Assembly (NCBI GenBank): GCA_013265495.1
Contig: MU058717.1
Span: forward strand, 239,890 to 277,662
Reading direction: 5' to 3'
Length of the DNA: 37,773 nucleotides
From: Vicugna vicugna
Lineage: Eukaryota
Part shown: positions 1-12,880 of the stretch, piece by piece
Numbering within the stretch: the first letter of the stretch is position 1
How the letters are laid out: the number at the start of each line of letters is the position of its first letter
Made by a program: the position numbers and the translations under genes
The notes under the pieces: generated by a model
What the model saw: the letters and a program-made list of their open reading frames with translations, nothing else
The model's database searches: none
What the model was told of the DNA's origin: nothing

Positions 1-74
1 TTGTAACAACCAAAAAGGTCTCCAGACATTGTAAATGTCCCCTGGAAGGCAAAACCGCCAGTTAAAAGCCACTG
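1..74. mobile_element. MER20-like hAT DNA transposon end
   Basis: aaaggtctccagacattgtaaatgtcccctgg...gccactg resembles the recalled MER20 terminus. Confidence 0.55.
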
Positions 75-485
75 GTCTAAACTGATCTGGTCCTTTTATA
101 CTAGATGAGGAGTCAGCCTTTGGGGATTCTTCTGGGGGCGCTGTTGTACAGCGATTAATATTACTCACGCCGGTGTCAGACAGCTGGGTTTTAAAATTCT
201 AACTCTTCATTTACCACTTACCTTCTCTGAACCTTGATTTCCATCATTTGTGATATCGTTTTAGCCTTACAGAGTGGTGAGGAAGAAATAAGACAAACGT
301 GTAAAGCTATAATCATAGTCACTGATGCACGGTAACCTTAAATGACATTTGTTAGGTGTTGGCCATAAACCAAGCACTCTTCTAAGCAGTTTACATGGGT
401 TATCTCATTTAACCCCCATACCAGCTCAATGAGGAAAGCTCTGTTAATATCCTTGTTTTGAAGATGAGGAAAGCACATGGAATTT

Positions 486-566
486 TTTTCTAATGGGGGT
501 CCTGGGGATAGAACCCAGGACCTCCTGCATGCTTGCACTCTACCACTGAGCTATACCCACCACCCT
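486..566 (-). mobile_element. tRNA-derived SINE (camelid Vic-1-like) inserted into a MIR remnant
   Basis: Minus strand reads GGGTATAGCTCAGTGGTAGAG (A-box), GGTTCTATCC (B-box-like) and an A-tail. Flanking direct repeats aagcacatggaattt (471-485) and aagcacatgaaattt (568-582). Confidence 0.8.
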
Positions 567-1192
567 GAAGCACATGAAATTTAAGAAACTTGCCTAAGTG
601 GTGGAACCGGAATTTGGACCCACCAAGTCTGACTCCAGGTCCGTCTCTTAAATCCTATTTTCTGAATGTTCAGTAAAAGGTAGCAATTACCATTATTCTA
701 CTAGTGATGCAGTATCACTGTCTTAGGTTCAAAGGATCTTCTGGATACTATCCTTTAGCTCAGAGTCAAGGAACCCCTGAGGAGGCAGGGATCTTTTCTA
801 GGACAATATTTGAAAGAATCAGGGGTTGATAGAAATGATGTCCCAAGAAAGGGGGCTATTTTTGTTGCAGGATGAGGGGAAGGTCCCTTATAATTCCCAG
901 ATTCCTATAGCCTCTCCCATAAATGCTAAATCCTGTGGCTCTCCCTGCCTCCAAGAAAGACCCTCCATTTCAAAGGAGCTGAAAGTAGGAATGCCCCAGG
1001 ATCAGATTCTTGCATTTACAGAAGGAAGTTTCCACAGAGAGAGAAAAGGAAGAAATATCCCAAATATCTCCCTCCTCTCCCAACCTGGGGCTGGGGCTAA
1101 GGTGGTGAAAAGCAACTCGAGTCAGGTGCTTGTTTCTTCCTCCCAGCAATATTCCTTCTCTCCAGGGTAAGGGCTGAAGCCCCAATACTTAC

Positions 1193-1283
1193 TGGGAAAG
1201 AGCCAGTCAGTGAGACCATATCCCTGGACATTCACTAGAAGGATGGATAGCACCAGGATGCTCAAAAGTCCAGAAGACTCCAT
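1193..1283 (-). CDS. EPPIN: EPPIN coding exon 1 (signal peptide); remainder of gene lies left of the window
   Basis: Encodes [30 protein letters not shown]+1 nt (91 nt), then donor GTAAGT. Closely matches recalled human EPPIN N-terminus [30 protein letters not shown] and lies just downstream of WFDC8 as in human. Confidence 0.9.
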
Positions 1284-2646
1284 TCTGAAGGAAATCTGAC
1301 CTCTCCGGTGGTTCCAGAGCATGAAAATGTCTGGCTGTCTTTGTCCACCCTAGTCCTTCAGTAGTCAGTATCTTGGATACAAGAGCTGGAGTCAAGCCAG
1401 CCACCCCCTCTCCTCATGGGAACGCCAAGTTCCTGAGATTATCAATGTGACTAGCTGGCATCTACAGCCCACACTCCTAGGCAAGGGTCTCTTATTGAAT
1501 GACTCTTGATCCATAGCCCCCTCGACTGGGGTAGGCCTTCTGGTCAACCAGGGGAAGCAGGCAAATCTTATTTCACTTTCCAGGCTACCTTAGGAATGAA
1601 TGCCACCATCAGGAGTCTCCATCTTGATAACTTTGAGAATTGTAGAATGTCCTCATTCTCCATTCACTTTCCTTTTCACCTGCACACTAAGTGGCACACC
1701 AGTTTTTGTTTATTTGTTTGTTTGTTTTTGTCTCTGATCAATGTGTGTCTGTTGTTCTCTTGGTATTTCTTTGCTTCTGTGAGTCTCTTATGGTCTCTAT
1801 GTCTCTCTCTCTCTCACTTTCTCTCACACTTTCCTCCCATCCTCTCTTCTCTTTTTAGGTCACTCATATCCCTCGACTAAGACCAAAGGGTAAAGATGTT
1901 GCCACAGAGTGGGGCAGGGAGGAGGAAGCAGGCTGATAGCAGAGTTTGCAGATAGTGTTTGTGAAGGTTGTGTTGTTCTGAGAGCTGGAGAGGATATCAG
2001 AGCTTACAGGGAGCATTCAACATCGAGAGCAAACTCCCTGTTGTCTGAGGAGAAACTGTGAAGTGAGGAGACCTGCCTGAGAGACTACAACTCAATAAAG
2101 GTCAATAACACAGCAGAATTGCTATTTCTAACCGGGCTAGTGGAAGAGCTACGGAAGAGAGACAGAGAGGGTGCTGGAGGACTTGGCAGCTTTCCTCCGG
2201 CCACAGAATCCACAATACCAGCCAGTCAATCAATCAGTCCTGGTCTGTTGAAGAGAGATTCTTCAAAGAGTAAATGTCATCTGTAGAGTCCCCATTCCCT
2301 TCCCTAGCTAGATGTTGCACTTTTAGGCCAAGATTTGTTCTCCAATTTCTCCTACCTGATGGAGAAGCCAGACAAAAACCAACCCTATCATCAATGACTG
2401 ACTCTATGATCCCAAAATTTAGGATCACAGACAGAGCCCCTGTGGGAATGTGTTGGGTGGGTCTCAGCCTGTTGATCATGACGTTCTTGGCTAGGAATGC
2501 CCAAGGCATTCACGTAGCTTCTATTTATGTATAGAGAGCCCCACAGACAGCCTTGCACCACCACAGGGGCTAATGTTGCGCCTGGACCAGCCCTGGGGGT
2601 TCTTATGATGACTGAAGGACTCATCTCTGCAAAACCATTAGGGGAC

Positions 2647-3106
2647 TGTTAAAGAGAAAAACCACAGGCCCCAAATGGCATCACTTATGCTAAAGCCCAT
2701 TATACCAAGCCCAGATTTAATACCTAACCTAATTGCAGTTTTGACCTACATCAGAAATGCAATATTAATCACTCAGTCTGGAATTCTCTGGTTGGCACCA
2801 ATGCGGTAGCCTGTCATGTGGGCCCTCTCCATTCTCTACCCACCACCACTACCCCAAGAAGTAGTCTGCATGATAAGACCTTGGTTCTCTTCCCTTCAAA
2901 AAAAGATGCCCTGGCCTAAAAGTAATCCTTTCTTTTCTTTTGCTTATAGTTTCCTTGCCCCACTCTTCTTCCTATAAAACCTTCCATTTTGTGCAACCCC
3001 TCAGAGCACCCTTCTAGTTGTTAGATGGGATGCTGCCTGATTCATCAATTACCTAATAAAGTCAATTCAATCTTCAAATGTACTTAGTTGAATTCGTTTT
3101 TTAACA
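2647..3106 (+). mobile_element. Solo ERV LTR (~460 bp)
   Basis: TGTTAA...TTAACA terminal inverted repeats, TATAAAA at ~2973, AATAAA at 3055-3060, near-TSD ggac/gaac. Confidence 0.75.
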
Positions 3107-3509
3107 GAACTTTGAAGAACAAGATTTATTACTCACAAGTCCTGGAGGGTATATGGCAGGTCCAAGGACCACACAGTATCTCCTCCCACTGATGGTCATA
3201 GTGCTCTGCCTCTGCCTCAGCCACACTTCTGTTCTAGGACCCACCTGTGCTCAGAATCAGAGACTCCAAAAAACACCAAGGTAGATGGCCTTCCACCTGG
3301 AAGTTCCTGATTGTTCATCAGACCAAGACTTGTCACATGCTGACTTCCTGCCACTGGCTTTCTATGTTGTTCCCTGTGCCTCTAACTTAATTACTGAATT
3401 TCATGTTTGTTTCCCCAAATAAACTCTGAGCCCCACTGAACAGGTCTGTGTCTAGAACCTAGGGCTTAGAATATAAATAGGCCCAGAATAAGCACTCAGT
3501 ACATTCTGT

Positions 3510-4095
3510 TGGATGAGAAAGGTAGGTGGAGAAGTTAGTAAATAGATATATGGATGGATAGATAGCTCATGATGAATGGGAAGATGGTTGGATGAGTAGG
3601 AAGAAGAATGGGTGAGGGTAGCATGAATCTTTGGGTGTATGAATGCATGGACTTGGATGGGTGGATGAATGGCTGGGTGAAGAAGTAAATTGGATTGGAC
3701 TAAGGGTGTTTAGCGATGTGATGAATGGGTATATTGATGGAAGCTGTTTGAATGGAAAATATATGAGTGATTGGTAGGTGTATGGAGGAAAGATGGGTGT
3801 AGAAATGAGGGAGAAGTATGTTGATGGGTGTGAGAGAAGACAGTGTGTGTGAAAGGTAAGTAGGTGGATAATGGGTAGATGGAAGAAAGGCTGGATATAA
3901 AATAGGCAGCTGGACAGGAAAAAGGAAGATGAGTGAGAAGGATAAGTGGATGGATATATGGGTGAAAGGATGGGCGCAAAGACATAAGTTGAAAGGTATG
4001 TCAATGGAGGGCAAGGTGAGTGGATGAAGAGGTGAGTAAATGGATTGAATAGTCGGTGGATAAGTGGAGGGGGTGGAAACATGAATGCATGAATG
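3510..4095 (+). repeat. Degenerate (TGGA)n / purine-rich low-complexity tract
   Basis: Repeated ggat/tgga/gaat units; source of the three spurious minus-strand H/P/S-rich ORFs. Confidence 0.85.
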
Positions 4096-4099
4096 AAAA

Positions 4100-5200
4100 C
4101 ATTAGCTAAAAATATGAAAATAATTACAGAGAGAATAATTTATACTACTGTAAAGTAGTACATTTATAAATAGGGAGAAAATTGACTAATTTTAGCAAAA
4201 TATAAAAGATCAAAATTTACAGAAGAGGAGGTAGAGAGTCTATACAATCTATAAGATGAAGTACGAAAAAAATTAGTAAAAGCATACTATTATGATTATA
4301 CGTGTATAACAGAATTACTTCGCTGTCCACCTGAAACAGACACATTATAAATCAACTATACTTCAATAAATTTCTATCTAACCATATATATTATATATAT
4401 GATTAGAATTATATATATATAATTATAGAAGGAACCAAAATATGCTTTTGAAGTTGAATTTTGTCTAGCCTTCAAAGAACAGAGAATTGATATAGTATTT
4501 AAAATATTACAGATCATAGGAAAAAAAGTAGGTAGGATTCCCAAATAGTTTTCCATGCTAGTTTTTTGAGGACATATGACTCAAAAAGCAAGACAAACAA
4601 AAATCATAGACCTATTTTTCTTTTAACCATAGATGTGAAAATTCTAAATAAACTACTTGCTGAAAAGAATCAACAGCATATTAATTCAACTACACCTTCA
4701 ACAAGATTAAGGTCATTCCAGGAATAATGAAGATGGCTCAACATATGAAAATTTATATGTTACTATAGCAACAAATTAGAAAAAAATCATTACATAACTA
4801 GATACTTAAAAGATATTTGATAAAATTCAGCAGAGATTTTCAACAGCAGCTATAAATGGATAAAGAGGAAACAACCCAAGGGTGATAAAACCTACTTAAA
4901 ACCCAACAACAAATGTCATTTTATACAGCAGGAAACACTGACTTTAAAATAAAGAACTGGACAGGGATACATGCCATTGCCTTTATTTTCAACATTATTT
5001 CAGAAGTACTACATAATATCAAAAAATCACCCAAAAAAAGTAAATCATGAAGCTGGAAAAGAGTCAAGTTTATCATTGTTTTCAGACGATATGATTACAT
5101 ATAAAATCAAAGTAGCCCCATTAAATATTGTTATACTTAATAAGACAATTTGGCAAAGTAGTTGGATGCAAGACAAAATTGATAACCTTTTATTACACTA
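4100..5200 (+). mobile_element. Old L1 ORF2 fragment with a short younger L1 3' tail (~4290-4370) and an AT microsatellite
   Basis: A-rich; contains gatgtgaaaattctaaataaa, ttccaggaataatgaagatggctcaacatatg and ttttcagacgatatgattacatat (degenerate L1 RT LFADDMI, here LFSDDMI). Confidence 0.7.
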
Positions 5201-5243
5201 TTCATAATTAATTACTTTGATGATAACACTTTAAACTTACTAT

Positions 5244-5660
<417 letters not shown>

Positions 5661-6282
5661 TTATCTAATCCCAGAGCACCAGAGGCAGGAGTATTAGAGA
5701 GCACCCTGAACTTCCTTGTTTTATAAACCACAGAAACTTAGGACCATAGAAGGCGAAGTGAGTGGTCTAAGGTCACACAGAAAACCAGTAGGCAAGTTGA
5801 AGTCAGTTGAAAAACCTTTAACTCCTTCCACCATACCATGCTGTTCCTCAAAACATGGACAACCCCTGGAACAAGACCAGAGTGTCTCAGCACAACATGG
5901 GGGAATGACTACCAGCCTTAGAGGCTGGGGAGGTCACTTCTACCTCATCTTGCTACCCATCTTATCCCCAGCACACCTTACACGAAGTTCTGTGCAGACG
6001 TAAGAACTTACTAGGCTTATACCTAATGGTTATGATTTTTTTTTGTATGATTAAGTGGATATTGTCGCCTCATAGACCACTGAAGAATGAGACTGGGAAT
6101 AAATAAGTTTTCATTGAGAAAAATGAGGAGGATTACCATGCCTGACTGGTTTGGAAGAATAGCACAACAGTCTCCCAAGATCAGGAAGGCCACCGGAGAG
6201 CACTGGTTGGACACTAAATGGGGAAGGGTTCCCAAGAGACCTCTAAGGGGCAACCCCCACTCCGCGGACAGCATGGCATTCA

Positions 6283-6579
<297 letters not shown>

Positions 6580-6789
6580 TCATTCTACCCAGTCCACGCT
6601 CACCTCTAGTTGGCTGTGGAGCAATGAAATGCCTCCCCACATCATGAGATGCAAGAGAAAGAGGGTTCCACTGGGTGTTTGAAGCCCCAAAGGAAAGTCC
6701 CTGTCCTGCCACTTAATGAGTGACTTCAGTTTCCTTCTCTATAAGATAGGAGTAATTATGTGAAATCCATACAAATCAATGGAAGCTAT

Positions 6790-7270
6790 TTCAGGGGATG
6801 TCCTTTACTTTGAATGAAGAGTGTCATGATCTGACTCACATTTTGAGATAACCATTGTGACTTCTGTGTTCATAACAGACAGTAAAAAGGGAAGGCTAGA
6901 AGCCAGAAGAGGCTGGGGCAGCAACCCAAGTTAGAAAGGGGCATTGCAGGTTAAGGTGGCAGCTGTAAAGATGAGAAGAAGTGGTCAGATTCTGGATCTA
7001 TTTTCCAGGTAGATCTACAGAGATTTCCTAACAACAGATGTTGACTGAGGAAGAGAGGCATCAAAGGGGATTTAGAAGTATTTTTCCAACCAAGACAGAG
7101 AGAACTACGGATAGAACAGGTCTGACGTGGGAGAGCAAAGATAAGGGGTTCCATTTTAGACAAGTTAAGTTTGAGGTGTTTATGAGATCCAGATGGAGGA
7201 GGCAATTGCAATATGGGAGTCAGATTTGGGCTGGACATACAACTTCATGGGTCACTAGGACACAGATAGT
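6790..7270 (+). mobile_element. L2 LINE fragment
   Basis: gagaagaagtggtcagattctggatctattttccaggtaga and ttccattttagacaagttaagtttgaggtg are typical L2 3' motifs. Confidence 0.7.
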
Positions 7271-7564
7271 ATTTATGTCAATTCTTCAGGATTCTGTGCA
7301 TGTCCCCCACTGTCCTCATCTAACTGCAAATTCTATGAGGGCAGGAAGTGTTTCTTCTCTCCTCCTCCCTCCTCCTCCTCCTTCTTCTTGCCCCAAACCT
7401 AAATTTCCCACCAACCAGCCCAAGCTCATTTCCCTGGCCCCTTCTCCCTGCTGGCTCCTGAGAGAAAGCTGAGGTCTTGTCCACAGCACCAAAGGGAAGC
7501 TTGTAGTCCTCATTTCATGAGGTCAGAACACAGGGTTTCCTTGGACATTCAGGCTCTCTGGGCC

Positions 7565-8435
7565 CATGGAATTAAAATTCCAGCTCTACTCCTGACTCAC
7601 TATGAATCCTTGGGCAACAAACTTTACCTCTCTGACTCTGTTTCTGCATCTGTAAAAATGGCAGTGATGGTACACTTCTCAACCTGCCTCACCGAATCTG
7701 AGGTCAAAGCTCTAATGCTGCCTTATAAATCACACAGTGCTGTGTTTTAAGGTCAATGGTCACCATCCCAATTGTTATCACCTAGTAATCCCACACTACT
7801 GACCACCATATCAAATCTTTGTGTCACTGATCACAGATAATCCTACCAACAACTCAATAAGGTATTTGCTATTATTCCGGTATTACAGGGGAGGGAACTG
7901 AAACTCAAAGAAGTGAAGAAATTTGCAGTAAGTGGGAAAAGTAGAATTTTTATCCAGGTCATTTAGCTCCTAAGCTCCATAGCACACTGTCACCCAACAT
8001 TACTGGTGATGACCATCTCTGCACTAAGGAATTAGTCCACCACCTTGGCCTTCACCCCACTCTACTCTTCACCTTCTCCATGCTCAAGCCCTATTCCATG
8101 GGGTTCCAGAGCTGACCTGTCTTCATTCTTGGGTGAATCCTCAGGGAATATTCAGCAGGTCGACGTGATGAGGAAATACCTGTTTCCAAAGGGTGGATCT
8201 GGCTCTCAGGTCCCACTGGCCAAAGTTTACTGACAGTTGACGTTCCCTATTTCATTTTTTAGCACAATAACTCCATCAGGTAAATACTATTATTATCCCC
8301 ATTTTATAGACAAGAAAACTGAAACTCATAAAAGGCAGGCAACTGATCTAAGACTACCCAGCCAGTCAATGACAGAGCTAAGATCTGAACCAAGGCAGTT
8401 TAACCTCAAAGCCTGAGTCTACAACTGGGCTGGTA
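7565..8435. mobile_element. Cluster of MIR fragments (~7565-7690, ~7820-7990, ~8275-8435)
   Basis: MIR core motifs catctgtaaaaatgg and attatccccattttatagacaagaaaactgaaactc. Confidence 0.6.
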
Positions 8436-8487
8436 TACTATTTATAATCAGACTAAGCCCTCAGATTGCCAAGGGTGTGAGCCTTAC

Positions 8488-8655
8488 CAGTTAATGAGCA
8501 AGCCCTCTCACAGTCTTCCTTCCAGCGGAAGTTGTTGGCATTCCCCAGGCAGCCTCCATATGTAAAGGACATGCAGACTTGATGTTCAACGTCAAAATAG
8601 TAGCGCTCAGCAGAATTCTTACAGTTGCCTTGGTTTAAGGGTAGCATGCAGGGTT
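8488..8655 (-). CDS. WFDC8: WFDC8 Kunitz/BPTI domain exon
   Basis: 168 nt, ctcAG...GTAAG, phase 1-1; (E)PCMLPLNQGNCKNSAERYYFDVEHQVCMSFTYGGCLGNANNFRWKEDCERACSLT with 6 Cys and the FxYGGCxGNxNNF signature. Confidence 0.96.
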
Positions 8656-9141
8656 CTGAGGGCAAGAAGCAAAGAGGAAAGAACACAAAGGGTAGCAATA
8701 AGGGAAAGGGTCAGGCCCTCAGCTTTTGTATAGTTCACAGTGTTACCATCCACTGTGGTAACCACAGTGTTACCATCGTAGAAAGTGCCATGGTCAGTGA
8801 AAGTTCTGGTCCTAGCCTTACTCTGATTACGCTATGTTGCGTAACAACTCCAAGCATCATTTCTACCTTGCAAGGGATACAGTGAAGAGCATGTAAGAAT
8901 GATTTGGAGCTGATCTTTCTTCTCCACCGCTCTGAGCTATGAGAGAGCAACACTTGTTCAGGAACGATATGCAATGTGCCTAACAAAGTGCCTGGTACAT
9001 AGAAGGAGTGAGATACTGAGAAAGAAAAAAACCAGCCCTTCATGTCTGGAAATTGATCTGATGCTCATAGCTAAGGCACACTGTTCTCCTTTTGGACATA
9101 ATTCCACAGGGCATCCACAGCAAACCAAGTCACTTTGAGAC

Positions 9142-9482
9142 TGTGACATAGTAAAATCAAAAAAAGATCACTGTGAAACCCACAAAATGTCAAAAACCTA
9201 TGAGTGATTTACGCTTCTCTACAAATTACAGCTTTTAAGATTCACCAGGATACTCAATCGCAGAAATTACCCCCGCTTTCTGATAGCACCCAATCGAGAG
9301 CAAACCCCTGCTTCCTTAGACCCTCTCCCAAATCACCCAATCAAAGCCTCAGTCCTAACAGCTTCTTACTGAGCTGCCTCAGACTGCGCTGTGCACAGTC
9401 TCCCTCACTGCGACAAGTACTGAACTCACCTTGTTCAACTACAAGTCTGTTCCCAGTGGTCTTTGGCCAAAGGGCATTGATA
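9142..9482 (+). mobile_element. Probable old solo LTR
   Basis: Begins TGTGACA, ends ...gtggtctttggccaaagggcattgata; resembles old ERV1-class LTRs. Family not assigned. Confidence 0.45.
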
Positions 9483-9494
9483 ATAGTTACTTGC

Positions 9495-9545
9495 TGAATG
9501 AATGAATGAATGAATGAATGAATGAATGAATGAACGAATGAGTGA
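9495..9545 (+). repeat. (GAAT)n microsatellite
   Basis: About 11 tandem GAAT units. Confidence 0.95.
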
Positions 9546-9925
9546 ACCTATACGAAGTGCACAGTTCCCTATTATTAGATACTTTGAGTTACCAGAAAAC
9601 CTCCCTGAAGACCCAAGAATCAGAAAACAACCCCAGCCTCTGAGCTGCCTGAAGTTTATATTTGTCACAGTGCCAACAATCGTTTCTTGAGACAAAGTGA
9701 ACGTGCAGCAAGTATTAGTTGTTTGTGAACAATTGAATGTCGGACCAAAGAAGACTAAGACCAATAGTATGCAGTTGATGTACACCATGCCTAGACTCCT
9801 TGTCTGTGCTTGAGGGCTGGGGGTCCATCAGAGAAGTAGAAGAGCATGTATCCTGGCCTCCTTGTCCTACCATGCAAGGGAACTGTTCAGCCACTTCCGG
9901 GCAGAGCAGGAAGTAGGGTGCCTCA

Positions 9926-10219
<294 letters not shown>

Positions 10220-10780
10220 TCACTCTGCTTACATTTAGGGACTATGTCTGCCTCTTACCACTCTTAGCCCATTTAGGTAGATCTGAATCAGGAATGTGTG
10301 CCCAGGTAAAATCAAAGGGGAAGCATCTTGGATTCCAGGGCAGGGAGTTATACAGGGACCAAGACTGTTGCCTTAAATTCAGGAGCTCTTCCCTCCTCTT
10401 GAAACTTATTATTTTAATGCCTAATTCCTCTGCCTTCTGTAATACAGTTGGCAGGGGAAATTTATTAGTGAGGAGTGGTAGAAATACCATGGATATAGGA
10501 GTCAGAAGGCCTAATTTTGGTTCCTGATTCCTTGTGAGCTCAAGGCCAATCTGAGTTCCACTCTATGACTTTGCAGTCATCTCTAAGGGGGATGAAATGG
10601 TGGAGTGGAAGGAGCACTATAAATAAGACAGCTCTGGCTTGGGAGCCTGGCTCCAACACAACAGCTAAATAATTTTGGGGAAAATGTCTTCCTTTGTCTG
10701 AGTGTAAGTTTCCGTTTCCCATCTGTAAAATGAGATTTACAACCTCTACATTACAGGCTATTTATAAAAATTAAGTGGGA

Positions 10781-11730
10781 GGATTTAAGGTGGTAGAGTA
10801 GGAAGACACCGAGCTCACTTTCTCCCACGGGCACACCCAAATTACAACTCTACAGAGAAACTGGGGATGAGAAAGGCCAGAAGACGAGCAGAAAAGATCT
10901 TCTACAACTAAAGATATAAAGAAGGAACCACAACAAGATGGGTAGGAGGGACAGAGATACATACTCAAGACTTACACCCCCAGGTGGGCAAGCCACAAAT
11001 GGGAGGATGAGTACAGTTACAGAGATTCTCACCAAGGAGTGAGGAGGACTACACCAGAAAGACGAGCCTTAGAATGTTTGGCTTTGAAGGCCAGTGGGGC
11101 TTACTTTCAGGAGAGCCAGAGGGCTGTGAGAAATAGAGATTCCACTGTTAAAGGGCACACACAAAATCTCACATGCTCTGGGACCCAGGGCAGAAGCATT
11201 CATTTGAAAGGAGCCTGGGTCAGAACCACCCGCTCTTGGAGAGCCTCCAGGAGAGGCCAGAGGCAACTGGAGCTCACCTGAGGACACAGACCCTGGTGGC
11301 AGCCATTTTGGGGAGCTTGTCCTACCATGAGGACATCTGTACCAGCAAGCGCTATTTTGGAATTCTCCCTCTAGTTAATTAGCGCTGGGACACAGCTCTG
11401 CCCACCAGCCTGTCGGCACCAGCACTGGGACACCTGAGGCTAAGCCAACTCAGTCCTGGCCCTGTTCACCAGAGGGCCCAGGGCCCAGCCCCCCACACTG
11501 GTGCATTAGCACTAACCCTAAAACCCCAAGGGCCCTGTTCCCTGGACCAGGACCCTGGAACCCAGCTCCACCCACTAGTGAGCCGACGGTAGGCCCACAA
11601 ACCTCTAGGCTTCAGGCCCACCCACCCGCAGGCTGACACCATTGATGTATGTAAGTTAAATCATTATGCTTATACAGTCATGACATATACATATATGGCA
11701 ATACCTCAATAACACTGCAAGGAAAATAAA
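10781..11730 (+). mobile_element. Internally deleted L1 (5'UTR joined to 3' tail) inserted in a MIR
   Basis: Starts with an L1 5' end-like sequence (tttaaggtggtagagtaggaagacaccgagctcactttctccc). GC-rich 5'UTR to ~11640, then an L1 3' end (ttaaatcattatgct...atacctcaataacactg, A-rich). Flanked by the repeat aattaagt(g/a)gga. Confidence 0.6.
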
Positions 11731-11854
11731 ACAATTAAGTAGGATGGTACCCAGGGGCACTTTTCACAGTGCCCAGCACATGGTAAGAGCTTGGTAGATA
11801 TGAGCTTGCTTCCTTCCTTTGTAGGGTTGGATATGGCTCCCTGATTTCAGCGCT

Positions 11855-12340
11855 TATAGTAGGCAGAATTCTAAAGTTGTACTCCCAAGATTTCCATTCT
11901 CTGGTTGGAATACAACAGTCATTAGGTACTGCTGCGAAGGGATTTTGTAAATGAAATTAAAGTCCCCCAAATCAGTTGGTCTTAAAATGCAGAGATTATC
12001 TGGAAGGCCTGACTCAATCTATTGAGTCCAGAGAGATTCAAAGTATAAAAGGAATCCAACCTGCTCTTCAGAGCTTTGACGATGGAGAAGGCTAATGGCC
12101 CTGGAATGAAGGTGGCCTCTAGGAAGCCGACAGCCAGTAAGGAAACCTCAGTGCTAAGAATGATTCTGCTAATGACCCATGAGCTGGGAAGAGAAGCCCG
12201 AGTCCCATATGAGAATGGCAGCCTTGATGGGCACGTTGATTTCAGCCTACTGAGAACCTGAGCAGAGAACCTTGACACACCATGCCAGACCTCTGACCTA
12301 CAGGTCATTTGTTACAACGCAGCAACTGACAGCCGATACA
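11855..12340 (+). mobile_element. MLT1 (MaLR) solo LTR
   Basis: tagtaggcagaattctaaag start; internal gtggcctctaggaagc, gaaacctcagt and ttgatttcagcc; end tttgttacaacgcagcaa...gataca. Confidence 0.75.
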
Positions 12341-12707
12341 ACGCTTAATACGGCTCTGTGGCTCTAAACTGAGCATCTCTCTGGTGGAATCTGACCAGAG
12401 AGGCATGATCCTTTTGGATACTACTGAATCCTGGAATTTTGAAACTCTAGAATTAGAAAGACTATATTTATCATTAGTGTCAATTTCCCAATCTCGTAGG
12501 TTAAAAAAAAAAAAGAGGTCAAATAGGATAATATAGTGAATTGGGGGCAGGTCTGATAATTTTTCAATCCATGACTCACTCAAGAAGCCCCATGTCTTCC
12601 CTGAGGACCAGCCACTGAAACTTCTGGTATTTTCCAACCATACTTCCTGCCCTTCATACCACTTTTAACGCACTCCCCAAGGATGGCCTGAACTGAAGAA
12701 GAGTATA

Positions 12708-12880
12708 TGTTTCTTAACCTGGGGTGTAACTTGAAATCATCTGTGCATCATTTAGAAAATATAGATCATGGATTGAATCAGAATCTCTAGAAAGTTAGGG
12801 ACTCTGAGTTTTAAAAGCCCCTCAGGTGATCTGGAATGGGCAGTTGGGCATCTGTAAGCCACAACTTGGGGACCACTGTC
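12708..12880. mobile_element. MER5-like hAT DNA transposon remnant
   Basis: tttcttaacctgggg...gaatcagaatctct...ctcaggtgatct...ttggggaccactg. Confidence 0.5.

Noticed and set aside
486..566. tRNA gene
   Set aside because: Has A/B boxes but also an A-tail, target-site duplication and a second diverged copy, so it is a SINE.
3567..4082. 171-aa and overlapping minus-strand ORFs rich in H/P/S/F
   Set aside because: Produced by the degenerate (TGGA)n tract; no splice structure or domain.
8721..8790. V(D)J signal-joint-like CACTGTG...CACAGTG
   Set aside because: No proper nonamer at 12/23-nt spacing (the left near-match is 21 nt away, none on the right); local duplication-inversion explains it.
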